Shown here piece by piece: positions 10,844 to 20,688 of a stretch of DNA of 47,953 nt. This stretch comes from a virus (taxonomy: Duplodnaviria; Heunggongvirae; Uroviricota; Caudoviricetes): IMG/VR virus record IMGVR_UViG_2554235123_000011; one strand, 5' to 3'. A program made the translations under genes and the position numbers. How positions within the stretch are numbered: the first letter of the stretch is position 1; each line of letters starts with the position of its first letter. The notes under the pieces are model-generated. The model did not search any database. It had not been told where the DNA came from and saw only the letters and a list, made by a program, of their open reading frames with translations.

Positions 10844-11542
10844 TTACTGCGAAAGTTTATTAATGGAAAGGAAACCGCCAAAATTGCCGACATTCCTGCG
10901 CAGTTCACACCCGCGCATGCACTTGCTGCATCTGTCCTTACGGATATCCGTGGTGGGTTTATCGAACTCATCCGCCACAGCCCCGCCCGTGTAACCACAC
11001 TCATCAGAGCGGTAGGTCCACATACAGGTGTTCGCCAGCATGATACGACCGGGAAACAGCGCCCCGTCCGTCTCGGTCGGTGTGGCCAGCACAAACGAGG
11101 CCGTCATGGCTGTCAGCGCTGACATCTGCTCCACCACCCACCGGTCCGTCAGCTCCTGCTCCGGGTCGGCCTCCGGATTGCCCGCAACGAAATTCACCGC
11201 ATCCAGAAAACGGGCATACACCCGGCGGCGGACCACCGTGGCCCCCACCAGACTCTGCAGGTCTTCCGCCATCCCGGTGACCAGACCGAACAGATTGGAC
11301 ACCGTCAGCGACGGTCTGGCACTGCTGCCCTTCCCGCTCATCTCAAAGCCACTCCCCTCAATCGGGTACGCCTGATATTCACGCCCCTGCCAGGTCACCG
11401 GCTCCCCTTTTTCATTCAGCTCATTGCAGAAAAAATACCGCTCACCGCCCTGCACCGTCAGGTCGATTTCCCAGAGTACCACCCGCGGTGACTGCTCTGA
11501 CTTAACCGACTCGTTCAGACTTTCTTCGTGAATATCCTGCAT
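10844..11542 (-). CDS. L: Minor tail protein L (232 aa)
   Basis: Same length as lambda gpL, conserved position; C-terminal Cys cluster. Confidence 0.9.
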   Translation of the reverse strand: MQDIHEESLNESVKSEQSPRVVLWEIDLTVQGGERYFFCNELNEKGEPVTWQGREYQAYPIEGSGFEMSGKGSSARPSLTVSNLFGLVTGMAEDLQSLVGATVVRRRVYARFLDAVNFVAGNPEADPEQELTDRWVVEQMSALTAMTASFVLATPTETDGALFPGRIMLANTCMWTYRSDECGYTGGAVADEFDKPTTDIRKDRCSKCMRGCELRRNVGNFGGFLSINKLSQ

Positions 11543-11871
11543 CAGTTCACCACCTGCTTAAACTCCGCGCTGAACTCAACGCGCAACATCCCGACCCGCG
11601 CAGACCACCCGGCACAGATCACCTTTATCTGCCGGTATGCATAGGGTGGCTTCCACAAAAATGCCTTCCAGCCACCGTGCTCTGCCAGGAACGCTTCCAG
11701 ATGCCGGGCCTCCTCCCGGGTCACGGAAAGCGTCACCCTGTATGTTTTCAGGTCAGCATTCAGCCCTGCCGCCATACGCTGTGAGTACCCGTCACCAAAA
11801 CGCACTTCACGCACCGATGGCTGCGAGTTCACCTCCATATCCGGCTTCACTTTCCAGCGAAATGTTTTCAT
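11542..11871 (-). CDS. M: Minor tail protein M (109 aa)
   Basis: Same length and position as lambda gpM. Confidence 0.9.
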   Translation of the reverse strand: MKTFRWKVKPDMEVNSQPSVREVRFGDGYSQRMAAGLNADLKTYRVTLSVTREEARHLEAFLAEHGGWKAFLWKPPYAYRQIKVICAGWSARVGMLRVEFSAEFKQVVN

Positions 11872-14429
11872 CGCCCGCTCCCCGATAACAGACCGCCATC
11901 ACGCAACTGCAGCCGGAGCTCATCCTGCGCACCTTTACGGGCCATCTCATACACCGCTTTCATCAGCTGCGGCCCGGCCTGTCCGTTGATACCGTCGTTC
12001 TGAATCACCACGTGATTGTTCTGATTAAAATTAATGCCTTCGGCCCGCCGCATCTGCGCCGGACTTCCGGCAGCACCCACATACCCCCCTTCCGCATAGC
12101 CCCGCATCAGGCGGTACAGGTTCCCGACACCAATCCGGCTGGTTGCCTCCTTCGTGAAGACAAACTCCCCGCGGTGGACAATCCCCGCTGGCTCATATTT
12201 GCCGCCGGTTCCCGTAAATCCTCCGGTCGCAAAATGGAATTTCGCCGCAGCTGCCTGAATGGCTGTACCGCCTGACGCGGATGCGCCACCACCAACAGCC
12301 CCGCCAATAGCGCTGCCGATACTCCCGACAATCCCCACCATTGCCTGCTTCAGCAGAATTTCTGTCATCATGGACAGCACGGAGCGGGTGAAGCTGCGCC
12401 AGTTCTGCTCACTGCCGGTCAGCATCGCCGCCATATTCTGTGCAATACCATCAAAGGTCTGCGTGGCAGCACTTTTTACCTGCGACATACTGTCCGTGGC
12501 ACTCTCTTCCCACTCACTCCAGCCGGACCTGAGGCCTGCCATCCAGTTCCCGCGAAGCAGGTCTTCAGCCGCCCAGGTCTTTTTCTGCTCTGACATGACG
12601 TTATTCAGCGCCAGCGGATTATCGCCATACTGTTCCTTCAGGCGCTGTTCCGTGGCTTCCCGTTCTGCCTGCCGGTCAGTCAGCCCCCGGCTTTTCGCAT
12701 CAATGGCGGCCCGTTTTGCCCGTTGCTGCTGTGCGAATTTATCCGCCTGCTGCGCCAGCGCGTTCAGGCGCTCCTGATACGTAACCTTGTCGCCAAGTGC
12801 AGCCAGCTGGCGTTTGTACTCCAGCGTCTCATCTTTATGCGCCAGCAGGGATTTCTCCTGTGCAGACAGCTGGCGACGTTGCGCCGCCTCCTCCAGTACC
12901 GCGAACTGACTCTCCGCCTTCCACAAATCCCGGCGCTGCTGGCTGATTTTCTCATTCGCTCCGGCATGCTTCTCCAGCGTCCGGAGTTCTGCCTGAAGCG
13001 TCAGCAGGGCAGCATGAGCACTGTCTTCCTGACGATCGCCCGCAGACACCTTCACGCCGGACTGTTTCGGCTTTTTCAGCGTCGCTTCATAATCCTTTTT
13101 CGCCGCCGCCATCAGCGTGTTGTAATCCGCCTGCAGGATTTTCCCGTCTTTCAGTGCCTTGTTCAGTTCTTCCTGACGGGCGGTATATTTCTCCAGCGGC
13201 GTCTGCAGCCGTTCGTAAGCCTTCTGCGCCTCTTCGGTATATTTCAGCCGTGACGCTTCGGTATCGCTCTGCTGCTGCGCATTTTTGTCCTGTTGACTCT
13301 GCTGCTCAGCCTTCTTTCGGGCGGCTTCAAGCGCAAGACGGGCCTTTTCACGATCATCCCAGTAACGCGCCCGCGCTTCATCGTTAACAAAATAATCATC
13401 CTTGCGCAGATTCCAGATGTCGTCTGCTTTCTTAAACGCAGCCTCTGCCTTAATCAGCATCTCCTGCGCGGTATCAGGACGACCAATATCCAGCACCGCA
13501 TCCCACATGGATTTGAATGCCCGCGCTGTCCTGTCTGCCCAGGTCTCCAGCGTGCCCATGTTCTCTTTCAGGCGGCGGGTCTGGTCATCAAACCCTTTCG
13601 TTGCGGCCTCGTTCGCCGCCTGCAATGCCCCGGTTTCATCGCCGGAACGCTGCAACTGAGCAACATACGCAATCTGCTCCGCCGTCACGTTATGGAACTG
13701 CTTCGCCATCGCAATCAGCCCCGACGTCGGGTCAGTGGTCAGTTTTCCGAAAGCCTCTGCAACCTTGTCCACCTCCACACCGGATGCAGAAGCAAAACGC
13801 GCGACACTCTGGTTGATGGCATCAAACTGTTCACCACCACGCACACCGGCATTCACCATGGCTGCCAGTGACTCACTCGCCTGGTTAAACGTCAGCCCTG
13901 CGGCCTGTCCGGCTCTGGAGAGCGTCAGCATGCGATCGGCAGTCAGTCCGGACTGATTACCGGAAAGAACCAGGGTTTTATTAAACGCTGAAAGCGTGGA
14001 ATCTCCCTGGTACCAGGCGTACACCAGCGCACCTGTCGCCACCGCCAGCGAGGTGACCCCGACCATCGGCAGGGTGATCGCACCGGCAAGCCCCCTGAAC
14101 ATGGGGATCATCCCGCCGAAGGAGTCCTTCACCTGACCGCCCTGTTGCAGCAGGATCAGCCAGGGATTCTGACCACCGGCAAGCTGCGTGGCGATATCCG
14201 TAAACTGTGCGGGCAGGGTTCGCATGGCCGCTTTATACTGCCCGACGGAAATCCCTGCTTTTTGTGCAGCCAGCGCCTGGTGGCTCAGCCCCTGCTCAAC
14301 GACAGTTGCGGTTTTTCTGGCGTCAGTATCCAGACCTGAAAAATGACGCCTTACCCGGCTCATCTGCTCATCGAAACGGACCGCATCCAGACTCAGGTCA
14401 ATAACAAGATCACCAACCGGCTGGGACAT
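11868..14429 (-). CDS. H: Tail tape measure protein H (853 aa)
   Basis: Same length as lambda gpH and near-identical over long stretches as remembered (e.g. ...KDGKILQADYNTLMAAAKKDYEATLKKPKQ...). Confidence 0.95.
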   Translation of the reverse strand: MSQPVGDLVIDLSLDAVRFDEQMSRVRRHFSGLDTDARKTATVVEQGLSHQALAAQKAGISVGQYKAAMRTLPAQFTDIATQLAGGQNPWLILLQQGGQVKDSFGGMIPMFRGLAGAITLPMVGVTSLAVATGALVYAWYQGDSTLSAFNKTLVLSGNQSGLTADRMLTLSRAGQAAGLTFNQASESLAAMVNAGVRGGEQFDAINQSVARFASASGVEVDKVAEAFGKLTTDPTSGLIAMAKQFHNVTAEQIAYVAQLQRSGDETGALQAANEAATKGFDDQTRRLKENMGTLETWADRTARAFKSMWDAVLDIGRPDTAQEMLIKAEAAFKKADDIWNLRKDDYFVNDEARARYWDDREKARLALEAARKKAEQQSQQDKNAQQQSDTEASRLKYTEEAQKAYERLQTPLEKYTARQEELNKALKDGKILQADYNTLMAAAKKDYEATLKKPKQSGVKVSAGDRQEDSAHAALLTLQAELRTLEKHAGANEKISQQRRDLWKAESQFAVLEEAAQRRQLSAQEKSLLAHKDETLEYKRQLAALGDKVTYQERLNALAQQADKFAQQQRAKRAAIDAKSRGLTDRQAEREATEQRLKEQYGDNPLALNNVMSEQKKTWAAEDLLRGNWMAGLRSGWSEWEESATDSMSQVKSAATQTFDGIAQNMAAMLTGSEQNWRSFTRSVLSMMTEILLKQAMVGIVGSIGSAIGGAVGGGASASGGTAIQAAAAKFHFATGGFTGTGGKYEPAGIVHRGEFVFTKEATSRIGVGNLYRLMRGYAEGGYVGAAGSPAQMRRAEGINFNQNNHVVIQNDGINGQAGPQLMKAVYEMARKGAQDELRLQLRDGGLLSGSGR

Positions 14430-14823
14430 ATCTCACACCTCCCGGAATCCCCGCTGAAGCCATCATTAATGCGGCATCATCCACCATGACATCCGCCACA
14501 TCCGCAGACGATAAAATATCGCCCCCTCCGTCCCCACCGAACCGGACGCCTCCGGCAAGTCCTGCCGCTTTCTGCATCAGCATTTTGTCCTCATCCGGCC
14601 TCTCCACCTGCTCTTCCTCATGCCGGGGGACAAGCAGACTGAAATCAGAGGGATGCATATCCGGATCGCAAAAAAACAGGCTGAGTACAGCGTACGTCAG
14701 CCCGGAAAAATGCATATCCAGCTGGGTATCCTGAAAATAATGCGTGCGGTAAAAACGGTGCCAGTCGGCATATTCGGTGGATGTCATCCCGGCAAGCATG
14801 GCGCGCCAGTCGGGTCTCCCCAT
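14410..14823 (-). CDS. T: T portion of the G-T tail assembly chaperone (expressed by -1 frameshift from G)
   Basis: ORF in the -1 frame overlapping the G 3' end; slippery motif G GGA AAG present near the end of G (about 14870..14880). Confidence 0.7.
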   Translation of the reverse strand: MGRPDWRAMLAGMTSTEYADWHRFYRTHYFQDTQLDMHFSGLTYAVLSLFFCDPDMHPSDFSLLVPRHEEEQVERPDEDKMLMQKAAGLAGGVRFGGDGGGDILSSADVADVMVDDAALMMASAGIPGGVRYVPAGW

Positions 14824-14849
14824 CTCACGCGCCAGTCTGAGGGCAAAGT

Positions 14850-15281
14850 TCAGCTCACCGTCGAAGACTTTCCCGCAGAAAAATCATCATCAGTCAGCGT
14901 GTTATTTTTCGCCACTTCAGTAATATCAGTATCCGGACGAACAGCTTCGATCATCCCGGACAGACGCAACACCACGTCTTCCGCCCGGGCAATGGCATCA
15001 GCAGGCCAGGTGGTGAGCACTTCCTGCTCTATCTTCATCACGGCCTCATTCATTGACGGTGACTGCGTTTTCTGTGGATGGTTATGCCACAGGGACATCG
15101 CCACCAGAAACGCGCCGGTTCTGACAAGATCTTCCACACTCACCTGCAGGTTGCCGCTGGCTTCAGCCTCTTCTGCCCGCCGTTTCAGGAGGGCAAGATG
15201 CTCAATACGCTACAGCGCAGACAGCTCAGAAAGCGTGACGGATACACCGTTATATTCAAATTGTTCTGTTTTCAGGAACAT
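14850..15281 (-). pseudogene. G: Tail assembly chaperone G carrying an in-frame TAG at codon 24 (15210..15212)
   Basis: Minus-strand reading from ATG 15281: MFLKTEQFEYNGVSVTLSELSAL-TAG-RIEHLALLKR...; lambda G has Gln at this position; remainder of G intact. Confidence 0.55.
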
Positions 15282-15299
15282 CGCTTATCTCTCAGCTCT

Positions 15300-16049
15300 T
15301 TAGCTACCCGGCACATTATTAACGGTAATTTCAGCCACCGCAGCAAACTGACCATTACCGGAAATCACAGGGATGCTGACTTTTCCATCCTTAACCCCCG
15401 TCACAGTAATCGTCATATCTTTCACGCTAATGGTGGCTTTTGATGGATCGGCGGAAATCGCCCTGAATGTCTTATCCGTTGCATTTTCCGGTTCCACAGT
15501 AACGGTCAGGGTGGTTGTTTTCCCTTTTGCCACCGTACCGGATGTCGGCGTCACCTTAATCGCACTGACCGGCGTAATTTTGCTGCGTTCTTCCGCTACA
15601 GAAGGTTTACCCACGTTAGTGACTTTCACCGTGCGGGTGATCACTTCTTTCGCCGTCACGGCCTTACCGATACTGCTGACCCAGCCACGAAACACATCCA
15701 CCGTGCCATTCGGAAAACGGATTTTATAGGCCCGGACATCGCCGCTTTCAAACCAGCCTATAAGCCCTTTCTGACCTTCCTCTCCCGGTTTCCAGGCCAG
15801 CGTAAAACTGGTATCACCTGCAGATTTCTGCCCCTGCCCGGTCGCGGTCCAGTCTGCGTCTTCATCATCCAGGTAGTTATCATCGTAGGATTCTGCCGTC
15901 ATCTCGCCCGGCGTCAGATCCTTCACCTTAGCCAGTCGCTGCCAGTCAGCGTCTGACAACGGGTTTGCATAAGCATCACCCTTGCCGTTGTAAACCCACA
16001 GAGTGGTACCGGCACCTTTTACCGGCTCCAGGGGATTTGGTGTTGCCAT
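15300..16049 (-). CDS. V: Major tail protein V (249 aa) with C-terminal Ig-like domain
   Basis: lambda gpV-like sequence and position. Confidence 0.9.
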   Translation of the reverse strand: MATPNPLEPVKGAGTTLWVYNGKGDAYANPLSDADWQRLAKVKDLTPGEMTAESYDDNYLDDEDADWTATGQGQKSAGDTSFTLAWKPGEEGQKGLIGWFESGDVRAYKIRFPNGTVDVFRGWVSSIGKAVTAKEVITRTVKVTNVGKPSVAEERSKITPVSAIKVTPTSGTVAKGKTTTLTVTVEPENATDKTFRAISADPSKATISVKDMTITVTGVKDGKVSIPVISGNGQFAAVAEITVNNVPGS

Positions 16050-16056
16050 ATCGTCC

Positions 16057-16452
16057 TCACATCTCGTATGTAATGGAATAAGTCAGATCCGCAGAGCTCC
16101 ATAACGCCATATCGTCATCACGACGATACTCATAGCCCTGCGTAACCATCGTGGTAATCAGTCCTGCCAGTGCCGGGATCGCAGTCATCGCCGGATAAAT
16201 CCGGCTTTCCATCCACTGATCAAGCTCTGAATCCGGTACCTGTGCCGGTAAAAACACCTCAATATGCAGTGTGGCCCGCCAGGTATCTGCATCCAGCTCT
16301 TCACCGGTATACTCTGCATCCGTCAGATAAACCGCGATCGCAGGAAAATCCTCTTCGTCAAAAACAACGGGGCGACCATCAAACAGCGTCGCCCCGTGTT
16401 CATGCTGCTCGAGTGCATCCAGCACTGCAGCACGGATATCAGTGTGTTTCAT
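16057..16452 (-). CDS. U: Tail terminator protein U (131 aa)
   Basis: Same length and position as lambda gpU. Confidence 0.9.
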   Translation of the reverse strand: MKHTDIRAAVLDALEQHEHGATLFDGRPVVFDEEDFPAIAVYLTDAEYTGEELDADTWRATLHIEVFLPAQVPDSELDQWMESRIYPAMTAIPALAGLITTMVTQGYEYRRDDDMALWSSADLTYSITYEM

Positions 16453-16982
16453 CGTTTTATCGCAATCCTCAGTTGTTGTTTCAGCGCGGATGCCAGTTCT
16501 CCGGGCAGGCGTTCACGCCGGATACGGTCAACATTCTCATCAAACGCCTGTTTCAGTGGGGCCGCCATCGGGATTTTCACCACATCAATAGGGTAACGGT
16601 TTTTCCCGGCCACACGCTGCATGACATGCCAGCGACCGTTTTTTAATCGCTGAATGAATGCCCGCTGATACCGATGCTGACCGGCTTTAAGTATGCTGTT
16701 CGGACGACGGCCCAGCATCCTGATCCCCAGCTTAATCACTGGAAGATCACCGCGGTTAACGATAATTTTTGCGTTCGGATTTCTGACCGTCGCCCGTTTC
16801 AGTCTGGACCGTTCCTTAACCAGTTTCCGGCGTACCTTTGTCTCCCGGGCAACCTGTGATGAAGACTGATTAATCGCCGTTGTGGCCACGCGGTTAATCG
16901 TCATTGCTGAAGCCGCCGGAATGGCGTTTTTACGAACCCGGCTCAGATTATCAATCGCCTGATCAAGCCCTTTTATCGCCAT
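16449..16982 (-). CDS. Z: Tail completion protein Z (177 aa)
   Basis: Position between FII and U; lambda gpZ-like. Confidence 0.85.
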   Translation of the reverse strand: MAIKGLDQAIDNLSRVRKNAIPAASAMTINRVATTAINQSSSQVARETKVRRKLVKERSRLKRATVRNPNAKIIVNRGDLPVIKLGIRMLGRRPNSILKAGQHRYQRAFIQRLKNGRWHVMQRVAGKNRYPIDVVKIPMAAPLKQAFDENVDRIRRERLPGELASALKQQLRIAIKR

Positions 16983-16997
16983 AATTTCCCCCTGCGT

Positions 16998-17351
16998 TTA
17001 TCGTCGCCGGTTAACAGCGGGTGGTTGCCCACGGTTGAGCCAGAGATAACAGCTTCCCCCGTCATCCGGAGAAACACGATCCACCCAGAACATCTCGCCG
17101 TTAATGGTCAGCGTGTCACCACGCCGCACGGCACGCACCGTATCCGTCCGCACAAATAATGACGGGCTGCTTCCTTCAATACGGACCCCGCCACCGGCAA
17201 AACCCAGCGACTCCGGATCGTCAAAAACCCCCTGAACTTCGCCGCCACGTTGTGCTCCGGAGGTGAACTGCGCACGGATCCCCATCACTTCAACAATCGT
17301 ACTGTCCACCCCGGCAAGGGCGGCATCAAAGGCATTCTGAAAATCACGCAT
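16998..17351 (-). CDS. FII: Head-tail connector protein FII (~117 aa; start uncertain, ORF open to 17387)
   Basis: C-terminus ...VDRVSPDDGGSCYLWLNRGQPPAVNRRR as in lambda gpFII. Confidence 0.8.
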   Translation of the reverse strand: MRDFQNAFDAALAGVDSTIVEVMGIRAQFTSGAQRGGEVQGVFDDPESLGFAGGGVRIEGSSPSLFVRTDTVRAVRRGDTLTINGEMFWVDRVSPDDGGSCYLWLNRGQPPAVNRRR

Positions 17352-17718
17352 AAACAGCCATTCCACCATCAACGTGTGTTTTTGCATCTGAGGACATAAT
17401 CAGAATCACCCGACCAACATCCGCAAGCTCAACGGATTCCCCCGTTTCACCATCAACGCCACAGAGATGGAGGCAGGTCAGAACTCTGATGCGCGTTAAC
17501 GCGCCGGATGTTTCCTCACGAACATCATGAGCCGCGGTTTCCCGCTCCCGGATATCCATATTCATAACCTGTACATCATCGCCGGATGACTGCATTTCCT
17601 CTTCCCATTCTGCCACCCGCTGCGCTATCTCTGCGGCACTCCCGGATATATCCGGCTCACGCCCCAGAATCAGGGCCAGTTCATCAAGCCGTTTCAGATT
17701 TTGCTCTTTCGTTGCCAT
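17344..17718 (-). CDS. FI: DNA packaging protein FI (~124 aa; start uncertain, ORF open to 17766)
   Basis: Position between E and FII; acidic protein. Confidence 0.65.
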   Translation of the reverse strand: MATKEQNLKRLDELALILGREPDISGSAAEIAQRVAEWEEEMQSSGDDVQVMNMDIRERETAAHDVREETSGALTRIRVLTCLHLCGVDGETGESVELADVGRVILIMSSDAKTHVDGGMAVYA

Positions 17719-17769
17719 ATCAGCCCCCTGTGAAAAAAGACACGGGGGCATTTCGCCCCCGCTCACGGA

Positions 17770-18798
17770 TTATTTCACCTGTACCACCACAAACTCATCC
17801 GGGTCCGGCAACACCATCAGCGGCGCGGACTGCGTCATGGTAAATTCACGGGCGGGATCCCCTACCGTCAGCCAGTGTTTCGGATAACGGGAAGAGGCCA
17901 CCACACCTTCGGACAACGCCTGAGCATCCTGAATGGCACCGTAACAACGGATCCCATCTGCAGCAGTATTCCCCAGAACCAGCATGCCATCTGGAAGATA
18001 ACGTTTTTCGATACCGTCTTCTGCTATATAAGACGTTTTCGCCACCACAATGGCCAGATCGCCGTAATACCCCTTGAAGGACACCACTGCGCCCAGATCT
18101 TTCACTGCCGTTTCGAGTTGAGAATTTGAACCGCGACGGGTATCCAGTTTTTCGCGGAACAGCTTAAAACCATTCAGAAGACGCCAGCCGGTACCGTCCA
18201 TAATGGCAATATTCACAAGACCGCTGGCCTGGTCGCAGTAGAGGTCAATATCATGTGTAGGATCGAACGTGTCACGATCCTGTTTTGACCACTCCTTACC
18301 ACTACCCTGAGTGATGTTATTCTTCGTCGACCTGCCAAAATCGACCTCAATTTTCTCGAACTGGTCTCCTTCCATGGTGTATTTGCCATACAACACAGCA
18401 TTTACCGCCTGCATTTCTTCCACCTGGACAATGGCGTGCTCTTCCTGTTTGAGGTTATCGGTAATGATACGCAGACGGCGGTAAGCCGGATCATTCAGTT
18501 GAGATGGATCTTCACCAGGAAGGCGCTCAACCGCCTGCTGGTAATTAAATTCGTGTTTCGGCTTGACGTAGCCCGGACGCAACACGCGGGTTTCACCACC
18601 ACGATGGCGCAGCACTTTTCCTTCAACGATCGGGGAGACATAGGCCGCCACCGGCGTTTTTCCGGTAATTTTGTCCAGCATCACCTCTTCGGTGTGGAAA
18701 TTCACCGTACGGCGGAAAAACAGCTCCAGAAATAGCGCACGGAATTTAACTTTTTGTTCGGTATAACCGAGTAACTGGCGGGTCGTAAACAATCCCAT
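17770..18798 (-). CDS. E: Major capsid protein E (342 aa)
   Basis: lambda gpE-like length and sequence. Confidence 0.95.
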   Translation of the reverse strand: MGLFTTRQLLGYTEQKVKFRALFLELFFRRTVNFHTEEVMLDKITGKTPVAAYVSPIVEGKVLRHRGGETRVLRPGYVKPKHEFNYQQAVERLPGEDPSQLNDPAYRRLRIITDNLKQEEHAIVQVEEMQAVNAVLYGKYTMEGDQFEKIEVDFGRSTKNNITQGSGKEWSKQDRDTFDPTHDIDLYCDQASGLVNIAIMDGTGWRLLNGFKLFREKLDTRRGSNSQLETAVKDLGAVVSFKGYYGDLAIVVAKTSYIAEDGIEKRYLPDGMLVLGNTAADGIRCYGAIQDAQALSEGVVASSRYPKHWLTVGDPAREFTMTQSAPLMVLPDPDEFVVVQVK

Positions 18799-18855
18799 AA
18801 ATCAGTTCCTTTCATTCAGAAATCAGTCAGGCCACCATGGTGGCCTGATAACGTG

Positions 18856-19203
18856 TTACGGCAGAGCCGCGTGACTCAGGGCTGTGCCGGCAAAGGCATT
18901 TGCCTTTTTGTGTTCATCCACACTTTCAGGCCAGTGGATTGCCTCCGTCGCAAAGGTTCCCGACTTGTAATACGTCAGCGCTGTCTCTGTGCCTTCAAGC
19001 GGCAGTACCAGTATGCCAACCGCACTACCGGCTTTCTGTCCATCCCAGACCACCAGTTTCCCGGTGGCTTCATCCAGCATCAGGGGCGTCAGAGCCGGTG
19101 TTGCGGAAGAAATCCCGCTGCTGCCTGTGGCGGTATGAGCCGGATCATTACCGGCAAAAATACGTACTTCCGCACGCTGTTCAGTGATGGTTTTCGTCAC
19201 CAT
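18856..19203 (-). CDS. D: Head decoration protein D (115 aa)
   Basis: lambda gpD-like. Confidence 0.9.
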   Translation of the reverse strand: MVTKTITEQRAEVRIFAGNDPAHTATGSSGISSATPALTPLMLDEATGKLVVWDGQKAGSAVGILVLPLEGTETALTYYKSGTFATEAIHWPESVDEHKKANAFAGTALSHAALP

Positions 19204-19239
19204 TTTGTTAAAACCTCATATTGATGGTCAGCACTGACT

Positions 19240-20688
19240 TCATGGCATGGCCATGAGCATTTTCACGTCCGCATCACCGTCTGCTGACGTCTGTGACACG
19301 CCACCCCGCACCGCTGCCGGTGAATGATTCGCCATGAAATGTTCAAACAGGGCGGTTGTGGATGCAGAGACCGGTTCGGCCTTACCTGATCCCGCAGCCA
19401 GCACAGCCCGGGCGTTCTCCACGGTCATTCCCGGGCAGGCCGCCAGTTTTTCAGCCTGCGCTTCTGCCCCTTTTGCCTCATCCAGGGCCATGATCTGATC
19501 ACGAAGTGAGGGCCCGGCATCCGCCAGTGGTGCAGCCGCCAGTTGTTCACGACCGTTCGCTTCTTCACACGCCATAATGCGATCGGCTTCACTCTGCGCG
19601 GATGCCACCGGCTGCTGCGGTGCCGCCGCGGCCAGAATCGCCCGGGCCTGTTCAACGCTCATGCCCTGTTGCCCTGCCAGCATCGTGGCAAGCTGTTCAC
19701 GTCCTTTCGCTTCCTGGCATGTCAGGATCCCCATCACTCGCTGGTTCTCCTGCACGGCGGCTTCCGTTGCAGTTAATTGCGGCATAGTGCCTCCTCTGAC
19801 ATTACTGTTCAGCGCCGTGGCCATCACACTGATGGCATCCGACGCATTGATTAATTCATCCGCCAGCCCGGCCTCAATGCCGGACTGACCTTCAAAAACG
19901 GCGGCCTCTGTTCCCGTGACCGCATCCACAGACAACCCGGTATACATCGCCACTTTTTCGGCAAACATCCGGTGCGCCGCATCAATCCGCTGCTGCATGT
20001 CCTGGCGAACCTCTGCCGGCAACGCTTCAAACTGATTGCCATCCACCTTGTGCGCCCCGGCATAAATCAGCGTGATATCCACACCGGCCTGCGCCAGATG
20101 ACCGGCATAGCTGACATGGCTCATCATCACGCCAATGGAGCCGATACGGGATGTCTGGGTAACCAGCCGTCGGGAGCAGGCCGACGCCAGCAGCATGGCT
20201 GCAGAACAGGCAGTGTCATTGCACAGTGCCCAGACCGGCTTCTGCTGACGGAGGCGGTAAATCATGTCAGCGCAGTCAAACGCGCCGGCGGCCTGCCCGC
20301 CCGGACTGTCAATGTCCAGCAGTACGCCCCGCACCTGGCTATCCGCCATTGCCTGCTGAAGACAGGCGACAATGCCGTCATAGCCTGTCATTCCGGAAAA
20401 TGGCCGCATACCGCCCAGCCGGTGCACCAGCGTGCCGGTCACCGGCAGTACAGCAATACCGTTCACCACCCGGTAAACACGGGCCGGTCGTTTACCTCCG
20501 GCCATGTACTCGTCCGTTTCAGCCAGCATTCCGGGAGCATCAAGCTGTACCTGTTGTTGTGGTACCGAAAGACTTGCTGCCCCTATCTCGCGCCCGAGCG
20601 CGCAAAAGAAAACCCGCGCATAGGCGGGCTCCAGAAGCAGCGGTTCATTGAATGCTGCGGCAATAATGTGTGAAAGATTACGTCTCAC
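19240..20688 (-). CDS. C: Head maturation protease / scaffold C (with nested Nu3-like C-terminal region), 482 aa
   Basis: S49/ClpP-like peptidase region followed by an Ala/Glu-rich scaffold-like tail; position between B and D. Confidence 0.85.
   Translation of the reverse strand: MRRNLSHIIAAAFNEPLLLEPAYARVFFCALGREIGAASLSVPQQQVQLDAPGMLAETDEYMAGGKRPARVYRVVNGIAVLPVTGTLVHRLGGMRPFSGMTGYDGIVACLQQAMADSQVRGVLLDIDSPGGQAAGAFDCADMIYRLRQQKPVWALCNDTACSAAMLLASACSRRLVTQTSRIGSIGVMMSHVSYAGHLAQAGVDITLIYAGAHKVDGNQFEALPAEVRQDMQQRIDAAHRMFAEKVAMYTGLSVDAVTGTEAAVFEGQSGIEAGLADELINASDAISVMATALNSNVRGGTMPQLTATEAAVQENQRVMGILTCQEAKGREQLATMLAGQQGMSVEQARAILAAAAPQQPVASAQSEADRIMACEEANGREQLAAAPLADAGPSLRDQIMALDEAKGAEAQAEKLAACPGMTVENARAVLAAGSGKAEPVSASTTALFEHFMANHSPAAVRGGVSQTSADGDADVKMLMAMP

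Noticed and set aside
10834-11094. N-terminal extension of the K ORF (334-aa version) overlapping L
   Set aside because: The lambda K-like sequence begins at MTQTES (10833); the extension lies in an alternative frame of L and has unlikely composition
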